DNA from: Candidatus Nomurabacteria bacterium
GTDB lineage: Bacteria; Patescibacteriota; Minisyncoccia; Phycocordibacterales; UBA9973
Direction of reading: 5' to 3'
Assembly: GCA_026395965.1 (NCBI GenBank)
Contig: JAPLXS010000012.1
Coordinates: forward strand, 36,116-100,115
Length of the DNA: 64,000 nt
This document shows, piece after piece, positions 39,950 to 50,072 of this stretch; the first letter of the stretch is position 1; each line of letters opens with the position of its first letter. Made by a program: the position numbers and the translations under genes. Under the pieces are notes generated by a model. That model saw only the letters and a list, made by a program, of their open reading frames with translations, ran no database searches and was not told the DNA's origin.

Positions 39950-40177
39950 ACGCAACGTACTAATCTATTTCATTTTTAACGAGCGAACCATTTATTTACC
40001 AAGGGTTACCTCAGGACAGCGTTCTACCAACAACTACACACACGCTATTTAAGTACTTCAAAAAAATAAATTCATACTTATCTTTAAAAGATACTGTTAG
40101 ACTATATCAAAAAATAGGTTCATTTGCAATCAAAAAGACCCCCATAAGGGGTCTTTTTGATAACGATAGTATATTTA

Positions 40178-40471
40178 TTATCTTCCTCCGAAACTACCAC
40201 CTTGTGGGCGAGCTTCCATAGGACGAGCTTCGTTTACTGTAAGGTTTCTTCCTTCGAAGTCCTTTCCATCAAACATTGAGATTGCTGAAGTTGCATCGGC
40301 ATCGTTTTCCATTTCAACGAAACCAAAACCCTTTGAGCGACCTGTCATCTTATCCATAATAATTGTTGCTGAGCTAACTGCTCCAGCTGTACTAAAATGA
40401 GCTTTTAACTCATCGTTTGTAGTCTTGTAAGGAAGACCACCAACATATAACTTTTTTGCCATATATGACAC
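40178..40471 (-). CDS. RRM-domain RNA-binding protein with Gly-rich tail
   Basis: RNP2 LYVGGL and RNP1 KGFGFVEM. Confidence 0.8.
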   Translation of the reverse strand: MSYMAKKLYVGGLPYKTTNDELKAHFSTAGAVSSATIIMDKMTGRSKGFGFVEMENDADATSAISMFDGKDFEGRNLTVNEARPMEARPQGGSFGGR

Positions 40472-40699
40472 TATACTTCTCTTAGCGATACCTGCATATC
40501 TACTATTTGAAGAAAACTAATTTATAAATGTAATCGCAAAGCCCGATTTCATTTACATACCTCAATGTTTAACACAACGAAGGATGAAACTAATACCAAA
40601 ACAAGTGGCAACTACTGGACGGAATTATAACAGACATATAAAAATTAAGCAAACAAGAAAATGCAATTACGAATTAATAATTAAGAATTAGGAATTAAA

Positions 40700-40736
40700 A
40701 CAATAGCCCAAAATTACGCAGTAATTTTGGGCTATT
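40700..40736. terminator. Bidirectional terminator hairpin caatagcccaaaattac-gca-gtaattttgggctattg
   Basis: Perfect 17-bp palindrome between the RRM gene and prfA, flanked on both sides by inverted AT-rich 31-mers. Confidence 0.6.
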
Positions 40737-40779
40737 GTTAGAGCTATGAAATTCCTAATTATTAATTCGTAATTTTTAA

Positions 40780-41754
40780 TTAATCCCCCTCTTCCACTTC
40801 ACCTACTACACCAGATGAAAGAGCTTCAATAATCTTATTTATATTCCCTTCCATGATTCCTGGAATATTTGACCAAGATTGTTTAATACGATGGTCTGTA
40901 ACTCTATCTTGTGGAAAGTTGTATGTACGGATTTTTTCACTTCTATCGTTTGTACCAATCTGAGCTTTGCGATCTCCTGAATATTTTTTTGCATCTTCTT
41001 CATCTTTAATCATTTGAAGTTTTGAAGTCAGCATCATCATAGCTTTTTCTCTGTTGCCTAGCTGTGTTCTTTCTGTTGTACAACGCACATCCTCACCTGT
41101 TGGTTTGTGTATTAGTCTTACTGCTGTTTCTACCTTGTTAACATTTTGACCACCAGCACCACCAGAACGAGAATATTCTATTTCAATATCACCTGGATTT
41201 ATTACTATAGTAGTTTTTTTCTTGAGCGGAAGAACTGCAACAGAAGCAGTGGAAGTATGAATACGTCCATTTTTTTCAGTTGCCGGAATTCTTTGTACTC
41301 TATGAACTCCAGTTTCGTAGCGTAAAAGTTTATATACATCTTTTCCGCGTACTTCTATGGAAGCTTCTTTGTACCCACCAGCACTACTTAGAGATTCATT
41401 TAAAATCTTCCAATTCCATTTATTTATTTCAGAAAATCTTTCATACATGTGAGCGAGCTCCCATGCGAAAAGAGAAGCTTCATCTCCACCTGCTCCTGCA
41501 CGAACTTCAAGAATTATTTCATTTGGAAATTCTTCCTCTTCTTGTTCTCTTTTTGCCATTTCATCTAGTTGTCTTTCTATCGCATCTTTTTGAAATTTAA
41601 TATTTAAAATTTCTTCATCAGCTAAATCACGAAGACTCACATCTTCTTTTACCATTTCATTTACTTTTTCTTCTTCATTCAAAAGACGCTCGTACTCAAG
41701 GGCAAAGTAACTAGTTTTATGGTCTTTCTTTAATTGTTCTAAATCAAATTTCAT
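40780..41754 (-). CDS. prfA: Peptide chain release factor 1
   Basis: GGQ motif ([11 protein letters not shown]) and the RF1-specific PAT tripeptide ([25 protein letters not shown]). Confidence 0.85.
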   Translation of the reverse strand: MKFDLEQLKKDHKTSYFALEYERLLNEEEKVNEMVKEDVSLRDLADEEILNIKFQKDAIERQLDEMAKREQEEEEFPNEIILEVRAGAGGDEASLFAWELAHMYERFSEINKWNWKILNESLSSAGGYKEASIEVRGKDVYKLLRYETGVHRVQRIPATEKNGRIHTSTASVAVLPLKKKTTIVINPGDIEIEYSRSGGAGGQNVNKVETAVRLIHKPTGEDVRCTTERTQLGNREKAMMMLTSKLQMIKDEEDAKKYSGDRKAQIGTNDRSEKIRTYNFPQDRVTDHRIKQSWSNIPGIMEGNINKIIEALSSGVVGEVEEGD

Positions 41755-41791
41755 GTTTAAAAATTATATCATATTTAAGTTAATATAAGGG

Positions 41792-41934
41792 TAAAGGTTT
41801 GAAATAGTCTTTCCAGAGGGGCTTGTGAGCGCGTCGGCGCGAACACTGAACGAATTTCTACCAAGAAATTGTGATTCAGTAGAATCACCCCCCCCCCTGG
41901 GTTGTACCCTCTGGGGAGAGCTATTTAAAACCTT
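41792..41934. ncRNA. Candidate structured RNA: GC-rich ~143-nt element with nested helices, 38 nt upstream of prfA (if on the minus strand)
   Basis: Closing stems TAAAGGTTT/AAACCTTTA, AAATAG/CTATTT and CCAGAGGG/CCCTCTGG enclose inner hairpins GTGATTC-AGTA-GAATCAC, AATTTCT-ACCA-AGAAATT and CGCG-TCGG-CGCG. An 8-nt C-run is also present. There is no ORF, and the GC content is far above the local background. Confidence 0.4.
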
Positions 41935-42038
41935 TAGTAAGGTAATATTTCTAGATAATACTTACATAAATATCAAGTAAAAAGCAAAAAAAATAAAAAG
42001 CTCCAGAGAATAGAGCTTTTTATCTTTTTTTGTATAAG

Positions 42039-42260
42039 TTACTTCTTTGTTTTTGCTGATGATGCGGCTGCGCGCTTCTTAAAGCGGTCAACACGTCCTG
42101 CAGTATCTAGAACTTTTTCATTACCTGTATAAAATGGATGACACTGACTACAAATTTCAACATTTATCTTTTCCATAGTAGAACCTACTGGAAAAGTAAC
42201 TCCACATGCACAAGTGACTTCTGATTTATTACTATATTTTGGATGTATATCTTTTTTCAT
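42039..42260 (-). CDS. rpmE: 50S ribosomal protein L31
   Basis: [33 protein letters not shown]. Confidence 0.9.
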   Translation of the reverse strand: MKKDIHPKYSNKSEVTCACGVTFPVGSTMEKINVEICSQCHPFYTGNEKVLDTAGRVDRFKKRAAASSAKTKK

Positions 42261-42287
42261 ATGTTATGTGATATTATCACGATTTTG

Positions 42288-43658
42288 TTAATCTTGCAAT
42301 AGGTCTATATTATTTTGAATATTTTTAGCACGTGCCATAACCTGGTCCCCGTAGAAGCTATTTGCTGGTTTTTTGGAATCACATGATCTTCCAGAATAAT
42401 ATTTGCAGGCAGCATTTCTCTCATTTGTATAGCTATTATTGCCTGCTCCTAAGTCTGTTAAGTATATAGATGATGCCATAAATGCGTCTTTTGGAGACCA
42501 TGGATCAGCAGCTTTTACTCCCAAAGCTTGAGCAATTCTATTTTTGAGCAGTTGCCATGTAGAAGGAATAAATTGTGATGGTCCCATCGCTCCTCCGTAA
42601 CCCGAACTACCAAATGGACATGAAATCAATGTTTTGTAGGGATCACGGCCGACCATAGATGTTATTTCAATAAATGGTTTTATATCACGAGTAGGCTTCA
42701 TTACATTTGAGAAAATTTTACCCTTTGAACTTACTCCTGCTCCAGTATCCATATTTGTCACATAACAAGAACCTTGGTTGGCTCCTAGATTACTTTCTTG
42801 AGTAAGAATAGACAAAAGGAAAGCTGGACGTATACCAGTTTGCTTCGATGCAAAGTTTGCAAACTCGAGAGCTTTTGAGAATGGGATAGCAGAAGTATCA
42901 CGAAGACTAAATAAAGCAGCGAGAATCTCACTTTTTCTTTTTGCTTTTTCTGCAAGAACTTTTGAATATTCTAATTCTTTATTTTTACTGATTGAAAGAA
43001 GTTGTTGTTTTTGAACTTCATTTAATTCAACCTGTGCCTTTGCATTTTCAAGTTCTACTTTTGTATCAATTTCTTGATTCTTCTTATTTTCTAAGTTCTT
43101 TTTTTCTGATTCAGTTAATACTCTTACACCACGAATCTCATCTACAGAATTTTTGATACTTTGTTTTATTGAAGCAAAAGTATCTATGTCACTATATGCA
43201 TCAGAAATACTATCTTGTGACAATATTAATGAAATAATAGATTTGTCATCTATCTCTCTTTCTTTTCTTATAAGTTGAGCCAGGGATTCTTTTTCACTGT
43301 CTATCTTGGTAGATAAGGCTTCTATTTTTTTATTTTTTGTATTTATCTCACCTCCCAATTTTTGAATCAATAAATTTTTGGCTTTTATATTTAACTTTGA
43401 TTTTAAAATTTGTGTTTTAAGTATAGAAATATCCCTATCGATAGAAACGGATTTACCTTTTTGTCCTTCCAATTCTTTTTGTTTGGCAGCAATTTCTTGT
43501 TCTAGGTTTGCTAATTCGGATTCAAGTCTAGCTTTGTCAGCTTGGGCATTTTCTAGTACTACATCAGCTTTAATTACAGGAACATGGTATACCATAGAAC
43601 CAATAATAAATATCATAATTAGCACAAACGAAAAACGTTTTTTGAAATAAAAACTCAT
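42288..43658 (-). CDS. Secreted coiled-coil protein with C-terminal lytic-transglycosylase (SLT)-like domain
   Basis: Signal/TM sequence, ~250 aa of coiled-coil, and a C-terminal ..AFLLSILTQESNLG.. catalytic E-S motif typical of SLT. Confidence 0.55.
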   Translation of the reverse strand: MSFYFKKRFSFVLIMIFIIGSMVYHVPVIKADVVLENAQADKARLESELANLEQEIAAKQKELEGQKGKSVSIDRDISILKTQILKSKLNIKAKNLLIQKLGGEINTKNKKIEALSTKIDSEKESLAQLIRKEREIDDKSIISLILSQDSISDAYSDIDTFASIKQSIKNSVDEIRGVRVLTESEKKNLENKKNQEIDTKVELENAKAQVELNEVQKQQLLSISKNKELEYSKVLAEKAKRKSEILAALFSLRDTSAIPFSKALEFANFASKQTGIRPAFLLSILTQESNLGANQGSCYVTNMDTGAGVSSKGKIFSNVMKPTRDIKPFIEITSMVGRDPYKTLISCPFGSSGYGGAMGPSQFIPSTWQLLKNRIAQALGVKAADPWSPKDAFMASSIYLTDLGAGNNSYTNERNAACKYYSGRSCDSKKPANSFYGDQVMARAKNIQNNIDLLQD

Positions 43659-43740
43659 GTATGTAAGTATATCATAAAAATCCCCAAGGAGTAGTACTCA
43701 TTGGGGATTTTTATTTATAAAATAAAAATATTATTTATTT

Positions 43741-44391
43741 TTAAGCTACATCTTCTTCTTTCTTTCCTCTTTTTTCAACTTCGATTGAAGCTAAATCTAC
43801 AGGACCTGAATCTGCAACTTCTTCTTTTATAGTAGTTATAAGAGCTACTACTTCGTTTGCATCTGTAATCATTTTAACACCCTTTGGAAGAACTATATCT
43901 TTTATGTGAATTTGATCATCAAGTGCTACTAGTGTAGATACATTTACAGTAACATTGTGAGGTAAATCTTTTGGAAGAGCCTCTACTTCTACTTCGTGTA
44001 TAACTTTTACTAGAACACCAAGATTATTCTTTTCAGCGGGAGCAGCTCCTGTAAATTCTACAGGTATAGTTACTTCAACTTCTTTGTTCATATCAATAGC
44101 AAGAAAATCTACGTGTATAGGAAATCCTTTAACTGGATCAACTTGCATATCGTGGATAAGAACGTCTATATTTTGAACAGCTTCTTTTTTTGTAGCATCA
44201 CCTTGTAATTCAAGAACGATAGTACTTGACTCACCTGCTACCTTCAATATTTTAGTGAAGTCGATGCTCGAAACGGAAATCATAGTGTTTTCCACACGAG
44301 CGCCATAGACAACAGCTGGTACCATACCGTTAGTTCGTATAGTTGCTAGCTTATCTGTCTTACTTCGCTTTGTTGCGGTTAATTTATTCAT
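43741..44391 (-). CDS. rplY: 50S ribosomal protein L25 / general stress protein Ctc
   Basis: MNKLTATKRSKTDKLATIRTNGMVPAVVYG; start set at MNKL. Confidence 0.8.
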   Translation of the reverse strand: MNKLTATKRSKTDKLATIRTNGMVPAVVYGARVENTMISVSSIDFTKILKVAGESSTIVLELQGDATKKEAVQNIDVLIHDMQVDPVKGFPIHVDFLAIDMNKEVEVTIPVEFTGAAPAEKNNLGVLVKVIHEVEVEALPKDLPHNVTVNVSTLVALDDQIHIKDIVLPKGVKMITDANEVVALITTIKEEVADSGPVDLASIEVEKRGKKEEDVA

Positions 44392-44489
44392 AAAGGCAAT
44401 AATAACATCAAAAAAGCATATTTGCAAGTTGTAATTAAAATATAAACAACACTTATTTTTAGATAAGTGTTGTTTATATAATTTACTTT

Positions 44490-45359
44490 TTATAAATTAT
44501 TAAATAATTTTAGTCTTTCCTCTACTACCTTTTCTATTGCTTCTACTGCGGGTTTAAGTATCTTGTATGGTGCTATTTCATTTGGATTTTCATTTAGGTA
44601 TTTGACCAGAGCCTCTTTATAAGCAACACGGATTTCTGTATTTATGTGAATTACAGATATACCAGCCTTGATAGCATTTGTAAAATCTTCATCTGCGATT
44701 CCTGATCCACCATGAAGTACCAATGGTATGCCACATGTTGTACGAATTTCTTTTATTCTGTTTATATCGAGTTTTGGATTACCTCCTTTTACCATTCCGT
44801 GAATATTGCCTACTGAAGGTGCGAGCAAGTCCACACCAGTTTCTTTTACAAAAATTAAAGCATCTTCGGGTTTAGTCATTGTTGCTTCTGTTATACCTTC
44901 TGGAACTGCATCAAGAAGCTTGGAAGACTGACCGATAAACCCAAGTTCTGCTTCTATGAGAATATCTCTTCCCTCTTTTTGGTTTAATTCTTTTGCGTAG
45001 TCAACACATTTTTTTGTAAGAGCAATGTTTTCTTCAAGTGGTAATTTAACAGCATCTATAATTGCTGAATCGTAGCCGGCATCGAGTGCAGCTTTAACTG
45101 ATTCAAATGTATAATGGTGATCTGCATTTAAGAAAATAGGATAGTTATCGTTTGTACGTATTTCTTTGATAAGAGCTGCAACTTCACTTCTTCCTATAAA
45201 TTCTTCTTCTCCCTCTGATACTCCTATAATAACTGGAAGGTTTAATTTACGAGATGCATTGTAGATCCCATGAAGAGCTTCAATATTTGAAATATTGAAA
45301 TGTCCTATTGCAACACCTTTTTCTTCTGCTTCTTTTATGTATTCTCTTAAATTTTTCAT
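44490..45359 (-). CDS. fba: Class II fructose-bisphosphate aldolase
   Basis: VAIGHFNISNIE, LNADHH, VLHGGSGI. Confidence 0.85.
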   Translation of the reverse strand: MKNLREYIKEAEEKGVAIGHFNISNIEALHGIYNASRKLNLPVIIGVSEGEEEFIGRSEVAALIKEIRTNDNYPIFLNADHHYTFESVKAALDAGYDSAIIDAVKLPLEENIALTKKCVDYAKELNQKEGRDILIEAELGFIGQSSKLLDAVPEGITEATMTKPEDALIFVKETGVDLLAPSVGNIHGMVKGGNPKLDINRIKEIRTTCGIPLVLHGGSGIADEDFTNAIKAGISVIHINTEIRVAYKEALVKYLNENPNEIAPYKILKPAVEAIEKVVEERLKLFNNL

Positions 45360-45395
45360 ATATAAAATTATATCACAATATGTTACAATTAGAAC

Positions 45396-46388
45396 ATGAA
45401 TAACATAGATTTTTTAGCCATTGGAGATATTGCTACTGAGCCTTTTATAAAGATTAAAGATGCTGAGGCCAATTGTGACCCCGATGGTAATAACTGTAAA
45501 CTATGCCTCAATTATGGTGGCAAAATCCCTTATGAATCAGCTACTGTATGTCATGCAGTAGGAAATAGTTCAAATGTAGCAATTGGTGCAAGTAGATTAG
45601 GGCTTAATTCATGTTTAATTTCATATATAGGTAATGATTATTCTGGAAAGAAAAATATAGAACAACTTAATTCTGAAAAAGTTAATACTGACTATATAAG
45701 TACCACTGATGGACTTGAATCAAACTATCATTATGTTCTTTGGTATGGATCTGAGCACACTATACTCGTTAAACATACAGAGTTCCCGTATTCATTTCCA
45801 AAAGACTTACCTGAACCAAAATGGATTTATTTGTCTTCGTTAGCCGAAAATTCTGTCTCTTATCATAGAGAGATAAGCCAATACCTTGATAGTCACCCAG
45901 AAGTATTTTTGGCATTTTCCCCTGGAACATTACAGATTAAATTGGGAATAGAAATATTGAAAAATATATATAAAAATACAAATGTATTTTTGTGTAATCG
46001 TAGCGAGGCACAGACTCTTTTGAAAATAAATGAAAATGATATTCCAAAATTATTAATTAAAATGCATGAACTTGGTCCAAAGATTGTAGTTATTACAGAT
46101 GGTATCAATGGTTCATATTCATATGACGGCACTGATATACTTTTTATGAAAGCTTTTCCAGATGAAAATTTTGTAGAGAGTACTGGAGCTGGAGATTCTT
46201 TTTCTGGTGCTTTTGTTGTTGCATTATTTTTAGAAAAAGATATACCCACTGCTCTTATGTGGGGTGCTGCAAATGCTAAATCAGTTGTTAAACATGTTGG
46301 ACCTCATAAGGGTTTACTCAGTAGAGATGAGATAGCAGAATATCTAAAAAATGCTCCAAAAGAGTATACTCCAGTTAAAATAAATTAG
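45396..46388 (+). CDS. PfkB-family carbohydrate kinase (ribokinase-like fold)
   Basis: C-terminal TGAGDSFSGAFVVAL is the PfkB signature 2. Confidence 0.75.
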   Translation: MNNIDFLAIGDIATEPFIKIKDAEANCDPDGNNCKLCLNYGGKIPYESATVCHAVGNSSNVAIGASRLGLNSCLISYIGNDYSGKKNIEQLNSEKVNTDYISTTDGLESNYHYVLWYGSEHTILVKHTEFPYSFPKDLPEPKWIYLSSLAENSVSYHREISQYLDSHPEVFLAFSPGTLQIKLGIEILKNIYKNTNVFLCNRSEAQTLLKINENDIPKLLIKMHELGPKIVVITDGINGSYSYDGTDILFMKAFPDENFVESTGAGDSFSGAFVVALFLEKDIPTALMWGAANAKSVVKHVGPHKGLLSRDEIAEYLKNAPKEYTPVKIN

Positions 46389-47383
46389 ATTTTTCTTTTT
46401 AATATTTTTTCAACTTTTTCTATAATATGAGATGTGTCTATTTCATAATATTTTTCAAGTTCTAGTGGTGTACCTGATTGACCAAATACATCTTTTACTC
46501 CTACAAGCTCAATAGGTACTGGATAGTTTTGAGCTAGACACTCTGCTACAGCACTCCCCATACCACCAGTTATTTGATGGTCTTCTACTGTTACTATTGC
46601 TTTAGTTTCTTTTGCTAAAGATATTATTGATTCAGTATCTAATGGTTTTATTGTGGATAGATTTAAAACTTTTACTTTTATCCCCTTTTTTTCTAATTCA
46701 TGTGCTGCAATAATAGCATTATATAAAATAGGACCTGTGGCTATTATTCCTACATGTGCTAAACCAATTTCAGGAACAAAATATAAATGCGCTTTACCTA
46801 TTTCAAAAGGAGTTTCTTCTGTTGTGATTGTCGGTGTATTGTTTCGAGCTAAGCGAATATATGTAGGATTTTTTGTATTGGAACACGCAATTGTTGCTTT
46901 CTTTGCTTCTATAGAGTCACATGGAGAAATAACAACCATGTTTGGTATTACACGTGTTATTGCAATATCTTCTAATGCCTGATGAGATCCCCCGTCAGGT
47001 CCTACAGATAATCCTGCATGTGAGCCTACTATTTTTACAGGTTGGTTATTGTAGCAAATACTTGTGCGTATTTGTTCCCAGTTTCTTCCTGGGCTAAACA
47101 TTGCATATGAAGTTATAAAAGGTATTTTGCCCATGGCAGCTATTCCACTTGCAACTGTTGCGAGATTTTGTTCAGCGACTCCAACTTCTATATATCTTTT
47201 TGGGTATCTTTCTGCAAAAAGATTAGCTTTTGTAGATTCAGAAAGATCTGCACTTAATACTACAATGTTTTCATTGTCGTATCCTGCTTGTAAAAGTCCA
47301 CTACCAAAACCATCACGAGAGGAAATCTTTTCTACATCATCGTTAAATATTTTTGTATTTATTTTTATAGATTGATTAAGCAT
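46385..47383 (-). CDS. tktB-half: Transketolase, C-terminal subunit (pyrimidine-binding plus C-terminal domains)
   Basis: Split transketolase arrangement, 4-nt overlap with the N-terminal subunit gene. Confidence 0.85.
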   Translation of the reverse strand: MLNQSIKINTKIFNDDVEKISSRDGFGSGLLQAGYDNENIVVLSADLSESTKANLFAERYPKRYIEVGVAEQNLATVASGIAAMGKIPFITSYAMFSPGRNWEQIRTSICYNNQPVKIVGSHAGLSVGPDGGSHQALEDIAITRVIPNMVVISPCDSIEAKKATIACSNTKNPTYIRLARNNTPTITTEETPFEIGKAHLYFVPEIGLAHVGIIATGPILYNAIIAAHELEKKGIKVKVLNLSTIKPLDTESIISLAKETKAIVTVEDHQITGGMGSAVAECLAQNYPVPIELVGVKDVFGQSGTPLELEKYYEIDTSHIIEKVEKILKRKI

Positions 47384-48215
47384 ATAGACTGTCTAGTTCA
47401 TTGAGAGCCATATCGGCTTCATTTATATTTGGAGCTTTTCCGTGCCATTTATAATCATTTTCCCATTCTTTTACTCCTTTTCCTGGTACAGTATTTGCTA
47501 TTATTACAGAGGGACCGCCTTTATGATTTTTGGCTTTATAAATAGCCTTGTATATTTCTTGTAGATCATTTCCGTCTACATTTTGAGAAAACCAACCAAA
47601 TGATTTGTATTTTTCACTCATATCACCAAGTGGCATAATTTGTTCTGTATTTCCACTTATTTGAATATTATTTCTATCAACTATAACGATGAGATTTGAA
47701 AGTTTTTCTTTGGATGCGAGCATTACAGCTTCCCATGTATTTCCTTCGTCGTGTTCACCATCAGAAAGTAATGCGTATATAGTTTTATCTCCAGCATATA
47801 TGCGATCTGCAATAGCCATACCTACTGCTTGAGATAGACCTAGACCAAGTGGTCCTGATGAATTTTCAACCCATGGCATAAACTCACGATGAGGATGTCC
47901 TTGTAATCTAGAACCAAACTTACGTAATGTTTCGAGTTCTTCCAAGGGGAAATATCCAGCATGAGCCATAGATGCATATAGTACAGGACAAATATGCCCA
48001 TTTGATAGCACTAGTCTATCTCTGCCTTCCCATAGAGGGTTTTTGGGGTCGTGTCTGAGTACATGAAAATAAAGTAATGCAAAAATATCAGCCATACCGA
48101 GAGCACCTGCTGGGTGACCTGAACCTGCCTTAAAAAGCATCTCAATAATACTCTTGCGAATTTTATTTGCGATTATTTTTAACTCTTTTATTTTTTCATC
48201 ATTTAAAGTATCCAT
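47376..48215 (-). CDS. tktA-half: Transketolase, N-terminal (TPP-binding) subunit
   Basis: GSGHPAGALGMADIF..GHPHREF..GPLGLGLSQAVGMA..SDGEHDEGNTWEA. Confidence 0.85.
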   Translation of the reverse strand: MDTLNDEKIKELKIIANKIRKSIIEMLFKAGSGHPAGALGMADIFALLYFHVLRHDPKNPLWEGRDRLVLSNGHICPVLYASMAHAGYFPLEELETLRKFGSRLQGHPHREFMPWVENSSGPLGLGLSQAVGMAIADRIYAGDKTIYALLSDGEHDEGNTWEAVMLASKEKLSNLIVIVDRNNIQISGNTEQIMPLGDMSEKYKSFGWFSQNVDGNDLQEIYKAIYKAKNHKGGPSVIIANTVPGKGVKEWENDYKWHGKAPNINEADMALNELDSLYA

Positions 48216-48238
48216 CTATATTTATTTTAACAAAATAA

Positions 48239-48925
48239 TTACAAACTCTCAAAATATCTGTATGTTTCTCTGATATCAAAACTCTGAAGTAATGCTGAAC
48301 CGATCACCAATCTATCTGCTCCTGCTTCAATAAGTAGAGGTGCTGTGTTTTCATTGACTGAACCATCTACACTTATTTTTAGTTCAGGGTATTTATTTTT
48401 TAAATTTTTAATTTGCTCCAATGCTTTTTCATCAAATGGTTCACCTTGGAATCCTATTTTTTCAATCCCCATACATTGTACAAAATCGATATGATTTATA
48501 AATGGGTCTAATTTATTTATATCTGTAGTTGTGTTTATTGCTAGTCCAATACTAATATTATCTTTAAAATATGGGTCTAGGGATTCTAAAAATTCTTTAA
48601 AATCTGTTTCTGTTTCAGCTTCTAAATGAAATACAATTTTCTTTGCACCAAGACGCGCAAAGAAATCAAATTGCTTATGTGCATTTAAAACCATAAGATC
48701 AAACTCAAAATCCAAACTATTCCAATATGGAAGTCCGTCTTCTTCGTCGAGAACTCTTTCAATACTAGATTTGTCGCCTTGCTGCATAGGCCATGATATA
48801 GATGATACAAATTTACCATCACAAATATCTATTTGAACCATATTTGTTATATTTACAAATTTAGCCAATTTCTCATCTAATTCACTGAAACTATCTACTA
48901 GTATAGCTGGTGTTATTTCTGTCAT
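48239..48925 (-). CDS. rpe: Ribulose-phosphate 3-epimerase-like (divergent)
   Basis: ITPAILVDSFSEL, QIDICDGKFV, VDGS, AGADRLVIGSAL are collinear with Rpe motifs. Confidence 0.65.
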   Translation of the reverse strand: MTEITPAILVDSFSELDEKLAKFVNITNMVQIDICDGKFVSSISWPMQQGDKSSIERVLDEEDGLPYWNSLDFEFDLMVLNAHKQFDFFARLGAKKIVFHLEAETETDFKEFLESLDPYFKDNISIGLAINTTTDINKLDPFINHIDFVQCMGIEKIGFQGEPFDEKALEQIKNLKNKYPELKISVDGSVNENTAPLLIEAGADRLVIGSALLQSFDIRETYRYFESL

Positions 48926-48928
48926 ATA

Positions 48929-49369
48929 TTAATTTGATTCTAATTTATTAATTCTTCTAACGTGACGTTCCTCATTTTTGAACTCTGTTTCAAGAAAAAG
49001 CTTAACAGCTTCTTTTGCTTCTTCTTCTTTTATAAACCTAGCCCCGAGTGAAAGAATATTTGCATCGTTGTGCTCTCTACCAAGTTTTACTATTTCTATA
49101 TTACCACCATAGTATTCTATTGCACGAATACCCTCTACTTTATTTGCAGAAATTTGTTCCCCTTCTCCACTACCACCGAGAACTATGCCTAGAGAATTTA
49201 CATCTAAAGCAACAGCTTCTGCAACTGGTTTTATAAAATCAGGATAATCGTCATTGTTGTCTAGTGAAAAAGCTCCTTTATCTTCTATTTCATATCCGAG
49301 TTCTTTTATAATTATTTTAAGTTTTTCTTTTAATTCGTAACCAGCATGGTCACTTCCTATGTATATCAT
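48929..49369 (-). CDS. rpiB: Ribose-5-phosphate isomerase B
   Basis: MIYIGSDHAGYELKEKL. Confidence 0.85.
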   Translation of the reverse strand: MIYIGSDHAGYELKEKLKIIIKELGYEIEDKGAFSLDNNDDYPDFIKPVAEAVALDVNSLGIVLGGSGEGEQISANKVEGIRAIEYYGGNIEIVKLGREHNDANILSLGARFIKEEEAKEAVKLFLETEFKNEERHVRRINKLESN

Positions 49370-49525
49370 ATGCTGTATATTGTAACATTTTATTTAAACA
49401 TATAGTAATAATTCGGAAATAAAAAAAGGAGGTCTATGTTAGACTTCCTTTAAATTAATTACTGTTAAGTTAAGCAATATGGATTTTCAAATTATATAAT
49501 GATGAAATACCAATAAATTTATGTG

Positions 49526-49879
49526 CTAACTTTTCAATACGCTCTTATAGTAAGCAACCGATTGATCAAATAATTGCTTATTAAATTCAAGAGACATATC
49601 AAGAAATTTTTTAGCTGAGCTTTCTATATGCCCAGCAACAATATTTGAACCACTTACTCTCATATCTTCTGCTTGTTTTTTTGAAGCAAGAAATTTTTTA
49701 AAGCAAGTTTCATTTGAATTTTCAAATAGAGCTTTTGCGTGCTCGCAAGCTTCAGCTATTACGGCTGACAAATAGTTATTATTCGCATCTTTGAATTTCT
49801 GAAGCTCAGACTCAAGGTATGCCCTGTACTCTTCTTGCCTCTGGTTATAAAATAATTGTAATTGATTAATTGTATCCAT
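49526..49879 (-). CDS. Hypothetical helical protein
   Basis: 117-aa ORF. Confidence 0.4.
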   Translation of the reverse strand: MDTINQLQLFYNQRQEEYRAYLESELQKFKDANNNYLSAVIAEACEHAKALFENSNETCFKKFLASKKQAEDMRVSGSNIVAGHIESSAKKFLDMSLEFNKQLFDQSVAYYKSVLKS

Positions 49880-50072
49880 TTTATTAAATTTTGAAAGTTA
49901 TAAAACAAACCAAATAATTTGGTTATTTTTATAACTTTCAAAATTTCCTTTCCTTAGAAATCAATATTTTTCAAAGCAACTAACTTAAATATAGTATATC
50001 ATTATTATTACTCTTTGTCAATAGCATATAAAAAGCCCTATTTTAGGGCTTTTTATATGCTATATACCAATA

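Noticed and set aside
40780-41754. Considered RF2 with programmed +1 frameshift
   Set aside because: The protein carries the RF1-specific PAT motif, not SPF, and the frame is continuous, so it is RF1.
41792-41934. Tested the GC-rich element against hammerhead, twister, c-di-GMP, TPP, SAM, guanidine and fluoride riboswitch consensus cores from memory
   Set aside because: None of the characteristic conserved cores (for example CUGANGA..GAAA, or the ykkC ACGR/GGGA boxes) are present. It is left unassigned as a candidate ncRNA.
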